Shown here piece after piece: positions 57,647 to 64,000 of a stretch of 64,000 nucleotides of DNA. The stretch is taken from NCBI RefSeq assembly GCF_009914755.1, contig NC_060930.1. The stretch is one strand, 5' to 3'. This DNA is from the human T2T-CHM13v2.0 reference genome, Homo sapiens. Position 1 is the first letter of the stretch; each line of letters begins with the position of its first letter. Below the pieces are notes generated by a model, which was not told the origin of the DNA, searched no databases, and was given only the letters and a program-made list of their open reading frames with translations. The translations under genes were made by a program, and so were the position numbers.

Positions 57647-59344
57647 TTAAATTTGTTTCGTTACTTGTAGGAATGGCAAAGTTGTGACAAAGCAGAAGAG
57701 TTCATAGATACATGTTTGTTTTACAAGGGCATTTTATGTGTTTTAGCAGAAAGGTTAACATTTTGACTGATATATTTACGAAGGTTATAAGAAGGAAAAG
57801 CTAAAATTAATATTTCACAATTCTAATTGCTTTTGCTTGGCTCCTCTCTGCATAGTATGTATTCTGGTTTTTAAATATTTAAAATTTCATCTCCTCTGGT
57901 GTAAAGTGGAAATGAAATAATTTGGGGTGGCAGATTTTTGTTAATGATAGTCTCCTTGCTCCTTTTTTAAAGCAGAGTAATGCTCATGTTGTATCTTTCT
58001 AGCATTAAGAAAAATTATTTGCTGAAATGACAATTTCTTAAGCAGTAACAACGTCTAGAGAGTGAACATTTATAACATGCTACTTTGTGTTGTGTGATAG
58101 ATATAATTGATAATTCTGCTTTTTCCTGTTGACTAATTTCTAACTGTCATGATATATATCTTTCTGAAGTATTATTTTTGGTAGGTTCAGGCAGATTGCA
58201 GAAAGGCAGGTATCTTTGTTTGCCAACATTCTCGTATAATCATGGATTGTTAGAAGTGGAAGGGATTCAGAATGATTCTAGGGTATCTCTTCATTTTCAT
58301 AGTTGAAGAAACTGAGACCCTATCAGGGGACAGAGTTAGGAGAGGGGTGTGTGTGTGTGTATATGAGTACGTAACAAAATCATGGGTTCCTACTGATATC
58401 TTCAGTTCTAACCTTGCATCTTGGAGTTGTTTGTAAATACCTCCTTTGGCAGTAACATAGCACCCATTATCCTCAATATATTTTATTTGCACAATCAAAA
58501 ATAATTTTCTGTATGTAGACCTCCCAATTACACTGCTATCTTCATTGTTTATCACCTCTAGGCCATCTTTGTTCCTTTGCCACTGCACCTGTTGCCCTGG
58601 GCCTGTGCACACCCCCAACCCTTTCTCACTGCCCTGTGTCCTTAGCTACCTCAGCCACTATGCTGATTCCTGAATACTGGAGACAAAAGGGAAGGCAAGA
58701 TGAAAAGGGAAGGTTATACTTCTTTATTAATTCACATAGATTACCCTTGGCTCTGCCTGCCACATTTTCATGAGAATTTCTTTTATTTTTCAGATTCCTC
58801 TCTTTATAGTAGCCTGAGAATCTCTAGGTAGTTACTCATTCTTAGAATTGGTCCTGGTTACTATTTTCACAGAAGAGAAACATGAAAATCTGATTACCAA
58901 AGGGGTTGTGCTTCCTGCAGTTCAGTGTAGTCTTTGTCCACTAGAAGGAAGAACATTGTTCTCCCAGCAGCCTGACACACCACAGTAATGTATGTGTATG
59001 CTGCCATTGCTGGTTCAGCATTTATTTCTGTTGGTGGAGTGAGGCTCAGCCATGGTCTTTCTAGTTCTGTAGTTACAGCTTCTTCAGAATACACAGACAC
59101 ACAAAGCCATTTCTTGGTAATTCACTCTGAGGAGTAAATACTTCCTCAGAGCCAGGGGATTGGTTGGGAGGAGTTTGCAGTTCTAGACAGCCAGATAGCA
59201 TTGTTTCTGAAAAGACGTCTTGTAAAACTTTAGCATTCTGGCCCTTGAGCATAGAACAGTCCTTTCTGTTCTCAAATCTATTGTCTTAAGCCTTTTCCTA
59301 CCTCAGGATCATGAGTAACTGTTTTTTTTGTTTTTTTTTTTTTT

Positions 59345-59447
59345 AGAAGTAATAGAAAACTTGCCTCAGAATAGCTTCAATAAGAAAGGAAATGAATGTG
59401 CTCAGATAACTGGCAGAATTCACTGATAGCATGGGCATAGGCCTGGC
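59345..59447 (-). mobile_element. Old MLT1 LTR remnant
   Basis: aagtaatagaaaac...agcttcaataagaaaggaaatg..tgtgctcagataactg. Confidence 0.5.
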
Positions 59448-59459
59448 ACACGCCACTTC

Positions 59460-59617
59460 TTTTTTTTTTTTTTTGAGACAGTCTTGCTCTGTCACCCAGG
59501 CTGGAGTGTAGTGGCACCATCACGGCTCACTGCAACCTGTGCTTTTTGGGTTCAAGCAGTTCTCTTGCCTCAGCCTCCCCAGTAGCTGAGATTACAGGCA
59601 CCCGCCACCATGCCTGG
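59460..59617 (-). mobile_element. Alu right-arm monomer, no clear TSD
   Basis: T tail to caccatgcctgg; shares private variants with the Alu at 52446. Confidence 0.92.
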
Positions 59618-60299
59618 GGCTGCTTTCCTAGATACACAGAAAACAAGGTGGATAGGTGAGAAGCACTAGAAATATCCATTCAGTTATTAGTGGGGATTAG
59701 GTTCAGGGCTGTTGTTTAAGGAGCCCTTAAACTTTAAATTTCAACACAGGAATGGAGGTCCCTGTGTAAGGATTGGGAATGGGACCTAATAACTGCTCCC
59801 TCAAGGTGAGTTGCGAGTCAGCTGGCCATCTCCATCTCCCATGCATTACCTTGATGTACCTTCCAGTCCACCATCTGCTTGTGCACCAGGCTGCACCTAC
59901 TGTTCCATGATGGAAGGGAAGGTAGAAGTTGGGCTGGAAGGAGATGTTGGTCCAGATCTGGGTACATTTACCCTTGTGGTACCTCTTGGGAGCAAGAAAG
60001 TCCAGGCCCTGGAGCCTTCCACTGACAACTCTTGAAGGCCCACCTCAACTGAAGCCTCACTGATAGCACTTTCATGAGATGCTGGTCAGGGAAGAGCTTC
60101 TGATTTGGCCTAGGCTAGTGGCAGTGCCACCAGGCAATTGCTTAAAATCTTCTTTCTGCCAAATTCTGTGATGTATTAAAGTATGCGATACATGAAAATT
60201 GAGAGTGGCTTTGGTTTTGTTGTAGGTCTGGATCTATTTACCTTTATTAAGCTCTGGAGACTGACATATGATATTTTTAGATGTATGAGTGCAGATTTA

Positions 60300-60710
60300 T
60301 GGAGATATTGGTTCTGGATTTAGTATGAGATGCTAAACCTGGTCCCCATTGTTCTCAAGGAGATGATTACAGAAGTGACACACATATGAAACAATTGAAG
60401 AACAAAGTAACACCTCTGTGGCAATTATTATTAAAGTTATTAGAGATTCAGAGATCAGATCCTTCTGGTGCAAAGCTAAGAGATGGGTATTAAGCTATTC
60501 CTGAAGACGAGCCAAATATGGGTAGTTGGAGAGGAAAAGGAAGGCAGGCATTCCTGAGAGAATGAGCATGGGTAGGAAGGTGTGATGAATGAAATAAACA
60601 GTGGGAGATAATGATCACATTGATTTAATTGAAGCAGAATCTATTAGGAGCATAGAAATAAACTTGACTAGGGTAAGATACCGTAATAGAAGGCTGTAGA
60701 AGTGAGGCAG
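60300..60710 (-). mobile_element. L2 remnant
   Basis: cctggtccccattgttctcaaggag; ggaaggcaggcattcctgagagaatgagcatggg. Confidence 0.55.
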
Positions 60711-61434
60711 AGTAAATTTGTATACTGGGAATATGGTATTTGTGGAACTATTAAAATCAAGCTTGTCAGCAATAGTTTCTTTAAGTATAGAAAGAAGTTA
60801 TCTTTCACATGATTCATTCCAAATTGAAGAAATGTTAGAGAATTAGGAAAATCTTCTACTTTCTCATCAAAATGACCAAAACCACAAAAACATGTATGTA
60901 TGCTTTGATAATTAATTGAAGGAAAATTCTGTATTTGGGATGCATAACCTTTTGTTTTTGGTATTATCCTAATAGAGAGAAAAATATTCCCAGGCTTCCA
61001 AGAGTAAATTTGAGGGTAGTTCATTTTGGAGTGTTTATGAGTATTTGCTTTATTTACTTCTGGAAAATGAAATAACCAAATCAACACTCAGTTTTTGAAA
61101 GTAAATTTGAAAGAATATAAAAATATTGCCTTCAAATGTGTAGCATGCACTTTCTCCAGTGCCGATCTTTATTTATTAAGACAATGTTGTATAGAACATT
61201 TTCCAGAGAAATGTTATTAAGGCATGTTCCTGACAAGTGATTTTAATCAAAATAGATTAATTTAAAATGCAACCATTTTTATAAGATATTTTAATTTTCA
61301 AATCAGCAAGGATTTCACAGTAATGTAATGAAAATGGAATATTCCTTTAAAGTTTGTAGGTTTTTTGAGGCATCAACATAGTTTTTGAGGGTGAGAGTAG
61401 GATTGGCAGGGGGAGGCAGTTCAAAGGAATGCAT

Positions 61435-62104
61435 TGTTAATGGAATACCAAACTCTGTAATACATTTTAAAGAGCTTTATTCAGAGCCAATATGAGTGAG
61501 CATGGCCCAGGGAAGCACAGTCTCAAGAGGTCCTAAGAAAGTGCACGCAGGGCAGTCAGATTATAGTTTGAGTTTTTACATTTTAGGGAGACAGGAGTTA
61601 ATAAGCAAATTCATAAATTGATACATGGAGGTTATACATTGGTTTGGCCCAAAAGGTGGGATATCTTGAAGCAGGGACTTACAGGTCATAGGTGGGTTCA
61701 GAGATTTTTAAATTTGCAATCAGTTAAAGAGTAAAGCTTTGTCTAAAAATTTGGAGTTGGCAGAAAGGAATGTTTAAGATAAAAAAGTTGTTAACCATTA
61801 CACTCGGTCAGCATGACTTATAGGGGTGCATAACTTAGCCCTTGTCTGGTGTGACATTAGGTCCTATTTATAATTTGGTATCTTATTGCCACAAAGAGTC
61901 TGTATTGTCAGTCTTATGATCTCTGTTTTAACATTAATGCTGGTCAGTTGTGCCTAAACCTCAAAGGAAGGGGATGTAAGGAGGTGTGTCTGACCTCCCT
62001 TCTCATCACGGCCAAGAACTCAGTTTTGTAGGTTTCTCTGGGGTCCTCTTGGCCAAGGGGGAGTCTATTCAGACAGATGGGGAGCTTAGGATTTTTAGCT
62101 TACA
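61435..62104 (-). mobile_element. ERV1 solo LTR (MER4/LTR8 group)
   Basis: TG...CA termini; tttattcagagccaatatgagtga, cattttagggagacaggag, ggagcttaggattttt; 4-bp near-TSD gcat/gcac. Confidence 0.88.
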
Positions 62105-63784
62105 GCACTTTGCCTAACAACATTTGTGAGAATATAAGGTTGGAATTGTATGAAATTTTTTTAAAACAATCTTTAAATCAAATTGAGGTTTATGTTTCAT
62201 TTTGATCAGGGATTAATTTGGAAAGTAAAAATAAAGGGTTGCTATACATGTAAATTTCTATCTAAGAGATGACTATTTAGCCCTAGGTGCAGAATTTGAA
62301 TCAAAGAATTATGATCAAATAATTTCTCATTAAATTGGCAAACATTTGCTAGGAAAAGTCTTTAAACAGTTCTCTTGAACAATTAAAATTACTTTATTGT
62401 TGTTCTTAGGCCTGACTCTAAACTTGAGAAACTAAATCTTCTCCTTGTAAGGAGAATAAAATGGCAAAATGTGTCAGGATTATTCAATTATTTTATGTAA
62501 ATACATCCCATTTACTTTGAGGAGACTCATCATACCTTTTAAAATGAGATCAATCAACACCTTTCTTAGAGTTGATTTCATTGAGCTAATGAATAGGTAT
62601 TTTTATTCTTGAAATATTGCATTTTTATTCTTCTTATTAATGGCCTTCCCTCTGTATGAATAAATAAATCATTTCACCGCTAGTAGCTTTAAGTGCTTTT
62701 CAAGCATTTAAGTGCTTGTAATCACTAAGCAAAGGAGTACTATAGATTAAATGTGTTGTAAACTACACATGAAAGCAATGTCTTTTTTATTATCTGTAAC
62801 TTTAATGGAAAGAAAATGTTAATTTAGGGTAATGAAATAGACCTCCAAGTATGATCAGTGAATAGACCATTAGGTTAATTAAAATGAGGATATGTATCAC
62901 TGTTGTGGTGGAACTACCATTGTGGAGAAGACAGATTCATTTAGTGCTTGAATAGTAAAATTCAGACTGTGTCACTCTCAACCTAGACTGACTACACAAA
63001 GGAACAAGATTAATGACAAAGGTAACTCAGTTTTGTTTCATTTACTTTTGCCTGTCACATTACTTGTTATTCTAGAGAGCCTGTCACTTAAAGGTGAAAA
63101 TTTATACAATCTTTAAAAAAACCAACTAAATATAAATTTTGTTACTTTATTATCTGTCATCCCAGGTGAATTAAATACCAAAACAAGATTTAAGTGATAG
63201 TAAGTTAATAGTAACGTATACAGATTTTATAACATAACACTCATAAAGCTAGCAACTTTATAGATTTGTAAAAATGCAGTTGAAATGACCACTGCAGCTT
63301 AATAGTTAATAGTTCTTTTTGGTGTCTAATACTCAGAAACCTGTTGGAAACTAATTTTGTGTAGTTTGATATCCACTGGCCAAATTACCATTTGAATTTA
63401 CTAAAGAATTCATTGCTTCACTACTGTACCATAGTTTATAAAGGACTTTTTGAGTGCTCTTTGATTCTTGTCTCTGAAGAATCTTAGCATAATGCCAACA
63501 TAGTGCCAACCATAATAGTTTTCCAGTTAAGTACTTCCTATTTCTATCTAAAAGGCTTGGCATGTGTTTAAACAAATATTAAGTTCAGTATGCTCTTGAG
63601 CTTCTCAGTTTCCCCTGTCATATGGCTAATTTAACGTGTTAATATCTATTTGGGTTTTAGATTTAGAATTACTACATTTGGCCCGTTAGCCAAGCTAGCC
63701 ATCATTGGCAGCTTTTTGTTTGCGATATGAAGCATGAATGCATGCAGTAAGTGATTTATAAAGCATGTGCTTTCCCTAATGATT

Positions 63785-63855
63785 TATATGATCAATCAGT
63801 CAAATATTTATTGAATTCTAGTTCTGAGTCCAGTATTGTAGTAGGTACTTAAGGC
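63785..63855 (-). mobile_element. L2 3' end remnant
   Basis: tcagtcaaatatttattgaattctagttctgagtccagtattgtagtaggtact. Confidence 0.6.
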
Positions 63856-63911
63856 TTGCATATACTATACTTTAGTATACTGTACTTTATACTTCATTCA
63901 GTTCATTACAG

Positions 63912-63980
63912 AATCTGCATATGTTTATAAAAGAATTGTTTCTTTCCTTAGCTTTACAAGTAAGAAAACTTTTTAGGAAG
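63912..63980 (+). other. Candidate small exon (alternative acceptors at 63912/63952; donors after 63959/63980)
   Basis: ttcattacag and tttctttccttag acceptors; CAA|gtaaga and AAG|gtaaga donors; no homology recognised. Confidence 0.35.
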
Positions 63981-64000
63981 GTAAGATTCTCTTCCTCTTT

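Noticed and set aside
59750-59811. Pseudo-exon cacag|...AAG|gtgagt (56 nt)
   Set aside because: Poor pyrimidine tract and no other support.
62688-62718. tttaagtgctt direct repeat with an internal inverted copy
   Set aside because: Short and AT-rich; within chance expectation.

Overview
Primate (probably human or other hominoid) genomic DNA: AT-rich, CpG-poor and dominated by interspersed repeats (23 Alus, L1PA/L1PB/L1M LINE-1s, L2, MIR, MaLR and ERV1 LTRs, Tigger1, MER58A, MER5A, MADE1, an Hsmar1 end). I found no intact protein-coding gene, RNA gene or CpG island. The ORF track is almost entirely decayed L1/Tigger frames, Alu read-through and chance ORFs. Nearly all L1s and 18 of 23 Alus lie on the minus strand and the plus strand looks T/G-rich, which suggests a very long intron of a plus-strand gene. 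A possible small exon sits at the right end; I could not identify the gene. I do not see a convincing new biological system. The best observations are structural: (1) an L1PB carrying an apparent two-step 3' transduction, inserted into an older L1 with about 0.95 kb of target deleted; (2) an approximately 155-bp templated inverted duplication with arms 1.8 kb apart; (3) an Alu half-copy sharing private variants with an Alu 7 kb away; (4) a retroposed, polyadenylated LTR fragment; (5) an OCT/TFAP2/KLF motif cluster. Repeat subfamily names come from remembered consensus sequences, and boundaries of old repeats are approximate.
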